From assembly GCA_949295265.1 (NCBI GenBank), contig CASFKR010000001.1, positions 1 through 50,741 of the forward strand: a stretch of DNA of 50,741 nucleotides, written 5' to 3'. Position numbers and translations under genes: made by a program. The notes under the pieces were generated by a model, which saw nothing but the letters and a program-made list of their open reading frames with translations, searched no databases and had not been told where the DNA came from. Numbering within the stretch: position 1 is the stretch's first letter; each line of letters begins with the position of its first letter. Origin of the DNA: an uncultured Verrucomicrobiota bacterium (GTDB lineage: Bacteria; Verrucomicrobiota; Kiritimatiellia; RFP12; UBA3636). Positions 1 to 9,094 of the stretch are shown here, in pieces.

Positions 1-3000
1 CTTGCGGCGCATCAGGTAGGCGGTGAGCGCCGGCATCGGCGCCGCCGCCTTCGGGAACGGCGGCCGGCACCGCCCAGAGCGACTGCTTTCCGAGGCGCCC
101 GACGCGCACGGCATCCGGGAGCGGCGGGAGCATCGCCGAAAGCGGCGCGGCGGCTCCGCCGCCTTTTTTCGCGCCGGAGGGTGCCGACGGCAGCGGGAGC
201 ACCGATTCCGAGAAGGCCGGACCCCGCGCCTGCGGAAACCGGAAGTCCGTGCGCGGCGGGAGCGTGCCGGGCGCCAGCCGGTCAAACTCCGCATGGAAAT
301 CGAGAATCTCCGCGAGCGAGCGCGAGACGAACAGTTCCTGCCCGTCGCGCGAAACAATGCGCCACCGCATCCGGAAGGCGGGCGGGAGCTCTTCTTCGCT
401 CCAGTAATCTCGCGGCAGACGCAGGCCGAACCGGGTGTCGAGCACCGTCACGAGCGCGTCGATGAGCGGACCCTCCGGCGGCAGCTGCGCGAGCACCTGC
501 TCCGCCATCGCCGCCGTGTCGAGCGCTCGCACCTTGCCCGTGCAGTGCGCCGCCAGCGTCATGAGCGCCGCATGCGGGAGCGTCCGGATCAGGTACAGGA
601 CTTTGCCGCGAAGGGCGCCGGGCACGAGCCGCGTCGATTCCCAGAGCGGAAGCAGCGGGATTTCCGCCGGGAGCATCGAGCAGGTGATGCCGTCCGCTTC
701 GCTGTCCGGTTTGTGGACGTAGGTGAGGCGCAGGCGGCGCTCGCCCAGCAGCAGGTGGTCGGGATAGTCGCCCGCTTTGGCGGCAGGGGTTTCATCGGCG
801 TCGAGCCGGAGTTTTTCCTGCGCTTCGGGCGAAAGCGTCTTGAGCCAGTCGCGGAAGGCGGGGACATTGACGCACGAAGGCGGCAGCCCTTCATCGTAGA
901 AAGCGCACGCCGCATCGATGATGAGTTCCGCAGAGCCGGAGCGGTCTTTCTGCGTACTTTCAATGCGTTGCGCTACGCGCGCAATGTTGTCCCGGATGAC
1001 GGGCGGAACCGGCTTGGGAAAGGCGCCGAGCACGAGCCCTTCGCGGATGAAAATCTCGCGCGCCAGCGCCGGATTGACTCGCGAGATGTCGCACCGCACA
1101 TTCTCCTGCACGGTCAGCCCGTACAGGATTGCCTTGCGGAGGGCGCGTGCCGAGCCTGCGACGGGGTCCCATGATTCTGCACTGTAGCTGTAGCGCACGA
1201 GGTGGCGCGCCAGCGGCTCGATCCACATGGGATCAATCGCCGCCGCGCGCCGCGCATACAGGCGCGAGGTGTCCACGCGCTCCGCGCACATGATCCAGTC
1301 GGGCGATTTTTTGGCTTTGGCGAGACCCGACCCCGGGAAAAGCCAGAAGCGCGAGCCGTTGGCGCCCGCGTAATTGCGCACTTCCGCGTCGTAGCGCCCG
1401 ATGTTGCCGAGCAGCCCGGAGAGGAGCGCCTTGTGGAGACCGGCGGTCCCGCCGACGTCGGAGGTGAGCGTCAGTTTTTCGCGCCGCAGCAAATCGCAGA
1501 GTTGTTTGTGCACATCCTCCCATTCGCAGAGTTTGCGGTAGCTGACGAAGTTCTTCTGGCAGGCGCGCCGCAGCGCCGTCCGTGTCAGGGGCGTGGCAGG
1601 GTCGTGGAAGCGGTTCCACAGGCGCAGGAGCCCGAGGAAGTCCGAGGTTTTATCGCGGAAGGCGGCATGCGCCGCTTCGGCCTCCGCCGATTTTTCGGCG
1701 GGGCGCACCAGCGGGTCTTCGCAGGAGAGCGCGGAGACCACGATGAGCGCATCGCGCAGCGCGCCCTGCCGGTCGGCTTCAAAGAGCATGCGCGAGAGCG
1801 CGGGGTCGATCGGGAGGCGGACAATCCGGCGGCCGAGCGGCGTGAGGCGATAGCGTGTGGCGCCGGGGGACTCGCGTTCCTGGATGGCGCCGAGCGCGAG
1901 CAGTTCGCGGTAGCCCTCGCGCATGGCGGTCGCGGCCGGGGGCTGCAGAAACGGGAAGGTGTCGATGTCACCCAGCCGCCAGTCGAGCATCGAAAGGATG
2001 GCGCCCGCCAGCGAGGCCCGCCGGATATCCGGCTCGGTGAAGGCATCGCGCTTTTCGAAGTCCTCCCGGCTGTACAGGCGGATGCAGACGCCGGGTCCGA
2101 GGCGTCCGCAACGGCCTTTGCGCTGTTCGGCCGCCGCTTGCGAAATGGGCTCGATGTGCAGACGCTTTACGCGTGCCCGTGCGCTGTAGCGCGAGATGCG
2201 CGCAAGCCCGGAATCGATGACGAACCGGATGCCGGGAATGGTGACCGAGGTTTCCGCGACGTTGGTCGCCAGCACAACACGCCGCTTGCCGGGCATCCGC
2301 ATAAACGCCCGCCGCTGTTCGCCGGGCGGCAGACTCGCCAGCAGCGGAATCGCCACCACGTTCGGAAGCGCGCGTCCTTCCACGGCCTGCGTGGAGGCGC
2401 GGATGTCCCGCTCGCCGGGCAGAAAGACGAGGATGTCGCCTTCTCCGGAGCGCGCCAGGCATTCTTCCACGGCATCCGCAACGGCACCCGCCACATCGTC
2501 GTCTTCGTCTTCCCGGGGACGGTATACGACCTCCACCGGGTAGGTGCGCCCTGGAATCTCCAGAACGGGGGCGCCCCCGAAAAATTCGGAAAAGGGCCCC
2601 GTTTCGAGCGTCGCGGAGGAAAGGATAACCTTGAGGTCGGGACGGCGCGGCAGCAGCTTTTTGAGGCACCCGAGGATGAAGTCGATGTTGAGCGTGCGCT
2701 CGTGCGCTTCGTCCACGATGATGGTCTGGTAGCGGCGCAGCAGGGGATCGCCCCGGAGTTCCGCGAGGAGCACGCCGTCGGTCATGAACTTGATTTTCGC
2801 CTGCTCCGGCATGTGGCGCGCAAAGCGGTGCTGCCAGCCGACCAGGTTGCGCGCCGCACCCAGCTCGTCCGCCACGCGTTCCGCTACGGTGACGGCGGCA
2901 ATGCGCCGCGGCTGCGTGCACGCAATCAGCCCCGTTTTCGCCAGCCCTGCGCGGAGGCAGATCTGCGGCAGCTGGGTCGTTTTGCCGGATCCCGTAGCGC

Positions 3001-3106
3001 CGCGAATGATGACAACCGGATGCCGGAGGATGGTCCGCTCGATTTCCTCCACGCATCCGAGAATCGGGAGGCGCCCCTCCGTCGGCTGTTTTTCGTCATC
3101 ATTCAT
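1..3106 (-). CDS. hrpA: ATP-dependent DEAH-box RNA helicase HrpA (3' end runs off the window)
   Basis: Hand translation from the ATG at 3106 gives MNDDEKQPTEGRLPI..., Walker A GATGSGKTTQLPQI, TQPRRIAA and MTDGVLLAEL...IIVDEAHERTLNIDFILG. It is absent from the ORF track, most likely because there is no stop in the window. The + strand ORFs 23..1174 and 1202..3217 are its in-register antisense shadows. Confidence 0.93.
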   Translation of the reverse strand, partial: MNDDEKQPTEGRLPILGCVEEIERTILRHPVVIIRGATGSGKTTQLPQICLRAGLAKTGLIACTQPRRIAAVTVAERVADELGAARNLVGWQHRFARHMPEQAKIKFMTDGVLLAELRGDPLLRRYQTIIVDEAHERTLNIDFILGCLKKLLPRRPDLKVILSSATLETGPFSEFFGGAPVLEIPGRTYPVEVVYRPREDEDDDVAGAVADAVEECLARSGEGDILVFLPGERDIRASTQAVEGRALPNVVAIPLLASLPPGEQRRAFMRMPGKRRVVLATNVAETSVTIPGIRFVIDSGLARISRYSARARVKRLHIEPISQAAAEQRKGRCGRLGPGVCIRLYSREDFEKRDAFTEPDIRRASLAGAILSMLDWRLGDIDTFPFLQPPAATAMREGYRELLALGAIQERESPGATRYRLTPLGRRIVRLPIDPALSRMLFEADRQGALRDALIVVSALSCEDPLVRPAEKSAEAEAAHAAFRDKTSDFLGLLRLWNRFHDPATPLTRTALRRACQKNFVSYRKLCEWEDVHKQLCDLLRREKLTLTSDVGGTAGLHKALLSGLLGNIGRYDAEVRNYAGANGSRFWLFPGSGLAKAKKSPDWIMCAERVDTSRLYARRAAAIDPMWIEPLARHLVRYSYSAESWDPVAGSARALRKAILYGLTVQENVRCDISRVNPALAREIFIREGLVLGAFPKPVPPVIRDNIARVAQRIESTQKDRSGSAELIIDAACAFYDEGLPPSCVNVPAFRDWLKTLSPEAQEKLRLDADETPAAKAGDYPDHLLLGERRLRLTYVHKPDSEADGITCSMLPAEIPLLPLWESTRLVPGALRGKVLYLIRTLPHAALMTLAAHCTGKVRALDTAAMAEQVLAQLPPEGPLIDALVTVLDTRFGLRLPRDYWSEEELPPAFRMRWRIVSRDGQELFVSRSLAEILDFHAEFDRLAPGTLPPRTDFRFPQARGPAFSESVLPLPSAPSGAKKGGGAAAPLSAMLPPLPDAVRVGRLGKQSLWAVPAAVPEGGGADAGAHRLPDAPQ
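1582..1598 (+). repeat. 17-bp recurrent motif copy (1 mismatch), GTGTCAGGGGCGTGGCA
   Basis: Lies inside hrpA. A second degenerate 11-mer unit follows directly. Confidence 0.6.
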
Positions 3107-3351
3107 GCTTGGAAGCATAGCCGAAACAGGGGCCTTCAGCAAATTCGGACCCGGTTCCGCCGCCCGTCCGGACGCACGGTCCGCCCCGTGGAGCCGTCTC
3201 CGGAAGCTCGAACGTGAAAAACTTCACCGAAAAGGGCGGATTTTTTCGAAATCGTAGTCGGTTTCATGAAAAAATCATAAATTTCATGGGATTGAAACTG
3301 CGCTTTGGCATTGTCTTTTCAGCCGAAATGGTTCCAAAAGGGGTGATTGAC

Positions 3352-3380
3352 TTGTCAAATCCGAGTGGATTCGGTATAAA
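3352..3380 (+). promoter_or_regulatory. Probable sigma70 promoter of the HU gene
   Basis: TTGTCA (3352-3357), 17-nt spacer, TATAAA (3375-3380), about 80 nt upstream of the HU ATG. Confidence 0.6.
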
Positions 3381-3459
3381 CGGGGTGAAGAACATTCCGT
3401 CATAAGAATCGTTTTTTCAACCCCTTCACTCCATTGTCCCTCCAACGAAGGTTCGTATT

Positions 3460-3762
3460 ATGGCTACAAGTTTTCCCAAGACGAAAGTCCAGATTGTTCG
3501 CGTCCTGAGCGATCGTACGGATTTAAGTCAAACCAAGGTTGAGAAAGTGCTCGACGAATTGGCCGCGCTTGCTTATGCCGGTGCCAAGGAAAAGCATGGT
3601 TTCAACCTTCCGGGATTCGGTAAATTGGTTTTGGTTCACCACAAACAGCGCAAGGGAATCAACCCGCGCAACAAAACCTCCATCGATATTCCGGCGAAAG
3701 TCGTTGTGAAGTTCCGCGTGTCCAAAGTCGCAAAAGATGCGATTCTGTCCCATCTTTCCTGA
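3460..3762 (+). CDS. hup: HU/IHF-family DNA-binding protein
   Basis: 100-aa basic protein with FNLPGFGKL, RKGINPRNKTSIDIPAKVVVKFRVSKVAKDAI, the HU signature. Confidence 0.92.
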   Translation: MATSFPKTKVQIVRVLSDRTDLSQTKVEKVLDELAALAYAGAKEKHGFNLPGFGKLVLVHHKQRKGINPRNKTSIDIPAKVVVKFRVSKVAKDAILSHLS

Positions 3763-3764
3763 GA

Positions 3765-3940
3765 CTGCCGACCATCGTTGAACTTCGACTCTTTTCGGGG
3801 TCCCCGATAGAGCCTTACTGCTAACAGCCGAACGGCAAATAACCGCGAACCGTGATTCCCCTTGGGTGACAGGGAGTGGACGTTCACCCGAAAGAAATTC
3901 GGTAGAGCATTCTCCGAGGCATCTCGAGCGACGGTCAGAG
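3765..3940. ncRNA. Candidate rod-like structured RNA (6S-like architecture, unconfirmed)
   Basis: Long-range complementarity between 3768-3781 and 3924-3938, and between 3785-3799 and 3887-3902, separated by an asymmetric unpaired bubble. About 175 nt with no credible ORF. Confidence 0.25.
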
Positions 3941-3956
3941 ATGCCCCGGGTTTTTT
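3914..3956 (+). terminator. Intrinsic terminator downstream of HU
   Basis: Stem CCGAGGCATCTC / GAGATGCCCCGG followed by G and TTTTTT. Confidence 0.65.
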
Positions 3957-3964
3957 GCGCCTCG

Positions 3965-4240
3965 TAACGGTTTTCACCGCCAGAAAAGGGTGTCGCACGG
4001 ACGTCGAATTCCATAACGGTTTGCAACGCCAGAAAAGGCGTCGCACGGGCGTCGAATTCCATAACGGTTTCCACCGCCTGAAAAGGGCGTCGCATGGGCG
4101 TCGAATCCCGTAACGGTTTGCACCGCCTGAAAAGGGCGTTGCACGGGCGTCGAATTCCATAACGGTTTGCACCGCCTGAAAAGGGCGTTGCACGGGCGTC
4201 GAATTCCATAACGGTTTTCAACGCCAGAAAAGGGCGTCGC
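3965..4240. repeat. Tandem array of a 49-bp unit, about 5.6 copies
   Basis: Unit TAACGGTTTGCACCGCCTGAAAAGGGCGTTGCACGGGCGTCGAATTCCA starting at 3965, 4014, 4062, 4111, 4160 and 4209 (last one partial). There are no spacers. Confidence 0.95.
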
Positions 4241-4358
4241 CGGCCGGCGGCGGTTTCCCGTTTCGGCATGGAAGGCGGTTTGGCAATTTGATAGAATGGG
4301 CGGTGTCTTTCCGGACCATCCGGACCGTACATTCCGGGAAAAGTATACGAGGCGGACC

Positions 4359-5027
4359 ATGAAGATTTTACTCGTTGAGGATGACGATAAAACGGCGCGT
4401 TTTGTGGAACGGGCCTTTGCCGATGTGGGGTATGTCGTGGTTCGGGCCGCCGATGGGCTTGAAGGACTGCATGCCGTGCAGCGTGAGTCTTTCGATGCGG
4501 CGATTGTCGACGTCATGCTTCCCAAACTCGACGGGCTTTCGCTCATTGAGCAGCTCCGTTCCCGCGGCCAGCATCTTCCCATCATCGTGCTGAGCGCCCG
4601 CGATTCCGTCGAGAGTAAAATCAAAGGTCTTGAAGTGGGCGGCGATGATTATCTGGCAAAGCCCTTTTCGGTGACGGAGCTCATCGCCCGGGTACAGGCG
4701 CTCCTCCGGCGCGCTTCCCGGGAGGCGGAGGCGACGACGCTCACCGTCGAGGATCTCGTGATGGATCTCAAGACGCGCAAAGTTTTTCGCGGCGGCGAGC
4801 GCATCCTCCTGCAGCCGCTCGAATTCCAGCTGCTCGAATACCTCGTGCGCAACCGCGGGCGCGTCGTTTCCAAAACCGGCATCATGGAGCACGTCTGGGA
4901 GTACGACTTCGATCCCGGTACCAACGTGGTGGAATCCCGCGTCTGCCGCTTGCGTGAGAAAATCGACAAAGGATTCGAGCGGAAGCTGATCCGGACGGTG
5001 CGGGGCTTCGGCTATGTCCTGGATTGA
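4359..5027 (+). CDS. OmpR/PhoB-family response regulator (CusR/CzcR-like)
   Basis: MKILLVEDD, DVMLPKLDG, GGDDYLAKPF and winged-helix end LREKID...IRTVRGFGYVL. Start taken at ATG 4359. Confidence 0.93.
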   Translation: MKILLVEDDDKTARFVERAFADVGYVVVRAADGLEGLHAVQRESFDAAIVDVMLPKLDGLSLIEQLRSRGQHLPIIVLSARDSVESKIKGLEVGGDDYLAKPFSVTELIARVQALLRRASREAEATTLTVEDLVMDLKTRKVFRGGERILLQPLEFQLLEYLVRNRGRVVSKTGIMEHVWEYDFDPGTNVVESRVCRLREKIDKGFERKLIRTVRGFGYVLD

Positions 5028-6606
5028 GCGTTTTCCCGTCATCCGCACCCTGCGGTTCTGGGCGGCTTTCTGGACGACGGTGCTGTTTTTCACGCTGTTT
5101 GTCGCCTTTTTCATCGCGATTTGGCATGTGGACCGGATGATGACCTTCCGCTCCATCGAGGCCAATCTCCTGTTTATGTTCGACGAATATCACGCCGAAT
5201 ATCTGCTGGGGAGCGAATTTGAAGAGACGGGCGATTTTGTCCCGGAGGACAGTCTGCCGCTCCCGGTGCGCGAAGCCCGGGCGCACGCGTGGCCGGGTGC
5301 GGTTGCCGTGGCGTGTCTGCGCGAATCGCCGGCGCTGTATTGCCTGTGCCTCTCCTGGCAGGGGCAGGCGGTCAAGGCGCGGCTCGACGCGGAAGGGCGT
5401 GCCCTTTCCGTCGAGACGCTGGTGCCGACCAACCGCATTGAAAACCTCAATGTGCAGTTCAACGACGAATATCACGGCGTCGGCTACAGCAACGTGTTCA
5501 ATCTGCTCGTTTCCGGCGACGGACGGCAGATTCTTGCGCATTCCCGGGTGCATCCGGATGAACTGCCAAAACTGGCCGCGCTCGCCGGTACGGTTCCGCA
5601 CGGCGTTTTTCGAACCGTGAACATCGGGGAAACGGAATACCGCGTGCGATGTGCCCCCACGTTTGACGGCAATCTGTTCGTCTTCGGCACGCGCCTCGAT
5701 ACGGAGCGCGATGAGCGCATCGCCGCAATTTTCATGGTCAGCCTCGTGCTCGTCTTCCTCGCCAGTGTGGTGTTGGGTACGGTGCTGGCCGGCAAGTGCG
5801 TTTCAGGCATCGTCCGCGTGTCGGCGGCCGCGCAGAAGATTCAGTCCGGTCACTATTCCCAGCGTGTGGCGCATGGCAATGAGGGTTCAGAGATTGATGG
5901 GCTCATCGATGCCTTCAACAGCATGGTGGCGCACACGGAGAGCGTCATCACGGAACTGCGCACCATTTCAGACAACATTGCGCACGACCTCAAGACGCCC
6001 ATCACCCGTATGCGCGGCAAGGCCGAGCTCTCGCTGTATCACGACAACCCCGGCGAGCAGTCTCTCGCCGAAGATATCGCCGAGGAGTGCGACGGGATGC
6101 TCTCCATGATCAACACGATGCTGGAGATTACCCGGACCGAATACGATATTCAGCGCCGCACCCGCGGCGTCGTGGACCTCCATGCCGAAGCCATGCGGGC
6201 GGAAGACCTCTTTTCGCCGCTCGCCGGCGATTCCGGCGTGGCGCTCACCGTGACGGCGGAGGAAGCGGCTGTACTGCCGCAGGCCGATGTTCTGCAGATG
6301 CGCCGCCTTCTCGCGAATCTGCTCGACAACGCCATCAAGTTCACGCCCCGCGGCGGCCGCGTTTCGCTCACCGTGCGGCGCATTGCGCAGCAGGCGGAAA
6401 TCATCGTGTCCGACACCGGCTGCGGCATTCCGGCCGCAGAACTGCCGCACGTTTTCGAACGCTTTTTCCGCTCGGATAAAAGCCGCAACATTCCCGGAAA
6501 CGGTCTCGGGCTGAGCCTCGTTCACGCCATCGTCCATGCGCATGGCGGCACCATCCGTCTCGACAGCCGGGAAGGCGAGGGGACGACGGTCACCATCCGC
6601 CTGTAG
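5014..6606 (+). CDS. Membrane sensor histidine kinase (HAMP-HisKA-HATPase)
   Basis: Two TM segments, H-box NIAHDLKTPITR, N-box NLLDNAIKFT, DTGCGI and GNGLGLSLV. Overlaps the response regulator. Confidence 0.93.
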   Translation: MSWIERFPVIRTLRFWAAFWTTVLFFTLFVAFFIAIWHVDRMMTFRSIEANLLFMFDEYHAEYLLGSEFEETGDFVPEDSLPLPVREARAHAWPGAVAVACLRESPALYCLCLSWQGQAVKARLDAEGRALSVETLVPTNRIENLNVQFNDEYHGVGYSNVFNLLVSGDGRQILAHSRVHPDELPKLAALAGTVPHGVFRTVNIGETEYRVRCAPTFDGNLFVFGTRLDTERDERIAAIFMVSLVLVFLASVVLGTVLAGKCVSGIVRVSAAAQKIQSGHYSQRVAHGNEGSEIDGLIDAFNSMVAHTESVITELRTISDNIAHDLKTPITRMRGKAELSLYHDNPGEQSLAEDIAEECDGMLSMINTMLEITRTEYDIQRRTRGVVDLHAEAMRAEDLFSPLAGDSGVALTVTAEEAAVLPQADVLQMRRLLANLLDNAIKFTPRGGRVSLTVRRIAQQAEIIVSDTGCGIPAAELPHVFERFFRSDKSRNIPGNGLGLSLVHAIVHAHGGTIRLDSREGEGTTVTIRL

Positions 6607-6609
6607 CGC

Positions 6610-8781
6610 TTACACGAGGCGCAGAAGCACCGCGTCGCCGGGGCGCAGCGCCGTCTCTTCGCACGGTGCCGCGTCCGCCGCCGCTCCTGCCGCCGTGGCA
6701 GGGGCGTGGCACAGGCGTGCCGCTGGCGTGGCACCCGCGGCGGCGAAATTCGCCGCAAAGAGCCACTGCGTGCCGTCTGCGGCGGTGACGTGCACGGTGC
6801 GCACGTCGCCCTGCGCGCTCCAGACCGCCTCCCGCAGCGTATCCGGCGCCGTGGCTGCGGCGCATGCGCCGTCGACGGGCGTTTCGCCGCATCGCCACAG
6901 GCGTGTGCCCGTGTGGTGGACCGTGCAGATGCGCTCGGCATACAGCGAGCCGGGGCGCGGCAGTCCGCGGTGCATGAGGATGTTCTGCTCCGTTTCGCGC
7001 CGCAGCGCCAGTGTGCGGTCTGCCTCCGTGGCGCCGCCGAGGGCGCGCACGTAAAGGGCATCATCGATGCTGGCGCCATCGGCGTGGAGCGGGATGGTCT
7101 CGTTGCGCGGGGCGGGGGCTTCCAGGCGGAGCGTGAGCCCCGGTGCGCGGAGCGTGCGGAGGCGGCCGTTGAAGACGTCGTTCGGGATGAGCAGGTTGAG
7201 TCCGTACACCGAGGTCAGCTGCGCGTCTTTGAGCATGCGGGCGCGTTGCAGGCAAAGCAGCGTCGCGCCATCCGGCAAGGCCGCGACGGCCGTATGCACT
7301 TCGGCGACGGGGTAGCTTTCTTCGCCTTCGCCGATGTGCCCCTGCTCGACGGCATGCGCACAGGCGGTCGCGACGAATCCGCCGGGAAATGCATGGACAA
7401 AGCCGCTTTGCGGGTTGTTCCGGATGAGCGTCCCCTCGAGCGCCGGTGCGAGGTTGCCCTGCCATTCGGCGAAGTCGGAGCCCGTGCGCGGCACGCAGAG
7501 CGCGACGGGCCCCTGCGCGCCGTCGCGCGTAAAGGAGCGCACCGCTCCCGGGCTGAGGATGACACCGGCCGCATGATCCGGGTCGGACCACTGCCAGGGC
7601 GCGCACGGCGCAGGCTCCGGCCGGAGCGCAGGGATGGACGGAAAGCGGCGACGCCAGTGCGCCCCGTAGGAAAGCGAGAGAATGTGGTCGGATTCGAGCC
7701 GCCGCGCGTAGTAGAGGCTCAGGTCGCGCAGCCCCGCGAGGCGTTTCGAATAGCAGGAGCCGTCGCCGGTATCGTCGACTTCTTTTTTGACGAGTGAGAG
7801 CCAGCCCTGTTCCAGCGCCGGAGCATCGGTGTCGCCGAAGGCTTCCGCCGCGAAGAGCAGCACCGGAATGGCGTAGCACTGGCAGTAGGTGTAGCGCGTG
7901 CGCGTGTCGCCGCCGATGCGCAGGAGCCGTCCGTCCGGAAAGAAGAAATGGCGCTGCACATCCCAGAGGGCGCGCGCATTGTGGAAGAGAGCCGGCGGCA
8001 GGGGGCGGTCCGTTTCCTTGCAGCCGAAATAATGCATCGCAATGTGCGAAAGCGTGATGACGGCGTAGCCGATGTTGAGGTAGCCGTGATGGTCGAGACC
8101 GTACGCCGCCGAAAAATTCGCGCCCACATACGCATCGGATTCGCGGAGCCCCTGATAAATCGCGTTGGAATGCTGATCATCCGGATGCGAGATGCCCGCC
8201 AGCAGGAGCCGGTTGGCTTTGTCGAGGATGCGGTCGCGGTCCGGCAGGCCGGGCATCTCCGCCAGCGTGCGGTACAGGAAGCATCCGTTCCATGTGTTGG
8301 ATTCCGGGTGGTTGTGTCCCGTGACATGCGGCCCCGCGCTGACTTCGAAATCCTCGAGGATGCTGTTGACCTCGGCACGGCGCACGGCGTCGTACATTTG
8401 CCGGTCGGCATCGGTCAAAAAGGGCTCGAGCAGCCGGATGGCGTGGGCGGTGCGTTCCAGTCCCAGCACGGAAATCCAGTGGCAGCCCCAGTATCCGTGG
8501 TCGGTCGTGGGCAGGTCCTGAACCGCCTTGTGGGTGCGGAGGGCATACCGGAAATAGGCGAGGGCGGTTTCGCGCAGGGCATCGGCGGCGGCACTCTCCG
8601 TTTCCGGATCCATGCAGTCGGCCAGCACGGCGCAGGCTCCGGCGACGTTGAGATTGCTCTGGACGGGCCAGTGTGCTTTTTCGCCGGTTCCGTAAAACCG
8701 GGCGGAACGGTCATGCGGCGAGATGTTTTCAGCCGTCGGCAGGAATCGGGTCCAGCGGCGCATCAGCGAAAGATAGGGCAT
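6610..8781 (-). CDS. Uncharacterised ~720-aa protein, possibly a carbohydrate-active helical-barrel plus beta-sandwich enzyme
   Basis: Long ORF with normal composition and aromatic/His-rich motifs (WGCHW, NHPESNTWN, DHHGYLNIGY, RYTYCQCY). The function is a guess. Confidence 0.75.
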   Translation of the reverse strand: MPYLSLMRRWTRFLPTAENISPHDRSARFYGTGEKAHWPVQSNLNVAGACAVLADCMDPETESAAADALRETALAYFRYALRTHKAVQDLPTTDHGYWGCHWISVLGLERTAHAIRLLEPFLTDADRQMYDAVRRAEVNSILEDFEVSAGPHVTGHNHPESNTWNGCFLYRTLAEMPGLPDRDRILDKANRLLLAGISHPDDQHSNAIYQGLRESDAYVGANFSAAYGLDHHGYLNIGYAVITLSHIAMHYFGCKETDRPLPPALFHNARALWDVQRHFFFPDGRLLRIGGDTRTRYTYCQCYAIPVLLFAAEAFGDTDAPALEQGWLSLVKKEVDDTGDGSCYSKRLAGLRDLSLYYARRLESDHILSLSYGAHWRRRFPSIPALRPEPAPCAPWQWSDPDHAAGVILSPGAVRSFTRDGAQGPVALCVPRTGSDFAEWQGNLAPALEGTLIRNNPQSGFVHAFPGGFVATACAHAVEQGHIGEGEESYPVAEVHTAVAALPDGATLLCLQRARMLKDAQLTSVYGLNLLIPNDVFNGRLRTLRAPGLTLRLEAPAPRNETIPLHADGASIDDALYVRALGGATEADRTLALRRETEQNILMHRGLPRPGSLYAERICTVHHTGTRLWRCGETPVDGACAAATAPDTLREAVWSAQGDVRTVHVTAADGTQWLFAANFAAAGATPAARLCHAPATAAGAAADAAPCEETALRPGDAVLLRLV
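6695..6711 (+). repeat. 17-bp recurrent motif copy (exact), GTGGCAGGGGCGTGGCA
   Basis: Inside the 6610..8781 ORF, read as CHAPAT. Confidence 0.75.
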
Positions 8782-9094
8782 GGCAAGAGGCACGGAAGGG
8801 GGTTCAGATCTTCAAACACGGAAATGGTAGCGGAGATGATTGGCAGGATGCAAACCAAAAATGCCCCGGTTCCCCCTCATTTCCTGTACCGTACACCCCG
8901 CCACGACTCTTCTGCGTCTCTGCGGGAACCATAATGGGTATCATGGATGGTCGGGCGAATTTCCGGATTCCAATGCCGTCAAAAATCGGGATCAACCCGG
9001 ACCAGGGGCGCATTTACGATGAGAAGGTACACACGCAACGCACGCTTGGATTTTACAGTTGAGCGTGTGCCGGAAAAGTGGTATTTTTTACGAC

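Noticed and set aside
23-3217. + strand ORFs 23..1174 and 1202..3217
   Set aside because: Shadows of hrpA on the minus strand.
3820-3960. tmRNA (AAATAACCGCGAAC resembles a resume context)
   Set aside because: No short tag ORF ending in Ala-Ala-stop and no tRNA-like ends.
3965-4240. CRISPR array
   Set aside because: The units are contiguous near-identical 49-mers with no unique spacers, and there are no cas genes.
3523-4332. Repetitive ORFs across the 49-bp array
   Set aside because: The unit length is not a multiple of 3, and the ORFs overlap HU on the opposite strand. They are by-products of the DNA repeat.
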